This document shows, piece after piece, positions 63,446-64,000 of a stretch of 64,000 bases of DNA. The stretch spans positions 73,100,001 through 73,164,000 of the forward strand of contig NC_086108.1 of assembly GCF_963921235.1 (NCBI RefSeq). The letters are read 5' to 3'. Source of the stretch: Mobula hypostoma. Lineage: Eukaryota. Made by a program: the position numbers and the translations under genes. Numbering within the stretch: the first letter of the stretch is position 1; each line of letters begins with the position of its first letter. The notes under the pieces were generated by a model. It saw only the letters and a program-made list of their open reading frames with translations. It made no database searches and was not told where the DNA came from.

Positions 63446-64000
63446 AAATGGTGATTCCCACTAATGCTATTTTAAAAATCTTGCAAATCGTGTAATTGAT
63501 GATTGCAGTGTCAGAATCAGAATCAGGTTTATTATCACCAGCATGTGACATGAAACATTAAAAAATAGGGTGATACACAATGCTTCTAAAAGCCACCTTA
63601 GATTGTGGCAAAGCAATTTATTGGCTATTGATTAAATTAAATAGATACAAGCACTTCGTATTTGCTTTCATTTAAGTAAATGCCTTCTCTTACTCATCAT
63701 TATTGCAAGACCTTTTCCATGCTACCCAGTTCCATAGGCCAGAAGGATTCAGATTCCACTCTTGATTTTCCATTATTTCAAATTAAAGCAGTACTCTTAC
63801 TTGTTTCTAAAGTTTGTATTAATATTTAGATATACTTCGGGTAAAAGTAAGATAGAAATTTAACCAATTACCAAGAGAAAAGTTGTGGCAACATAGTCAC
63901 CTTCCCACAATTTCCATTGGTTCCATGGAAACTTTTATATTGTTATGTGGAGCACTGAGCTTGATGCAGTCACTGCAAAGGCTCGGTGGGAAAGGACCGG

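Noticed and set aside
1..64000. CRISPR arrays, operons, tRNA/rRNA genes, endogenous viral ORFs, intact autonomous transposons
   Set aside because: Vertebrate repeat-rich DNA with no regularly spaced repeat-spacer array; tRNA-like boxes occur only in decayed SINEs; all long ORFs are disrupted LINE/Tc1/Gypsy remnants

Overview
AT-rich, repeat-dense vertebrate DNA, most likely an elasmobranch (shark or ray). This is inferred from CR1/HER1-type LINEs together with HE1/V-domain-like and Deu-domain-like SINEs, all recognised by eye without a database search. No host protein-coding gene could be supported, so the window looks intronic or intergenic, and every recognisable ORF is a transposon remnant. 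Contents: many CR1 fragments, including one near-full-length copy with an SGNH-esterase ORF1 and an EN/RT ORF2; Rex1/Babar LINEs, one young with a 483-aa RT ORF; RTE remnants; an L1 with a twin-priming 5' inversion; a Tc1 DD34E transposon half; three hAT elements; a decayed Gypsy pol; SINEs; and microsatellites. The most interesting signal is a dispersed ~100-150 bp non-coding repeat, present in about 8 copies. Its best copies encode a minimal type I hammerhead ribozyme (stem I-CUGANGA-stem II-GAAA-CG-UH-stem I') of the kind associated with Penelope-like elements. One copy is flanked by a perfect 15-bp target-site duplication. Also seen are a ~145-bp palindrome, smaller hairpins, a ~195-bp local duplication and several unique stretches that may be conserved non-coding elements. 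Boundaries of old repeats are approximate.
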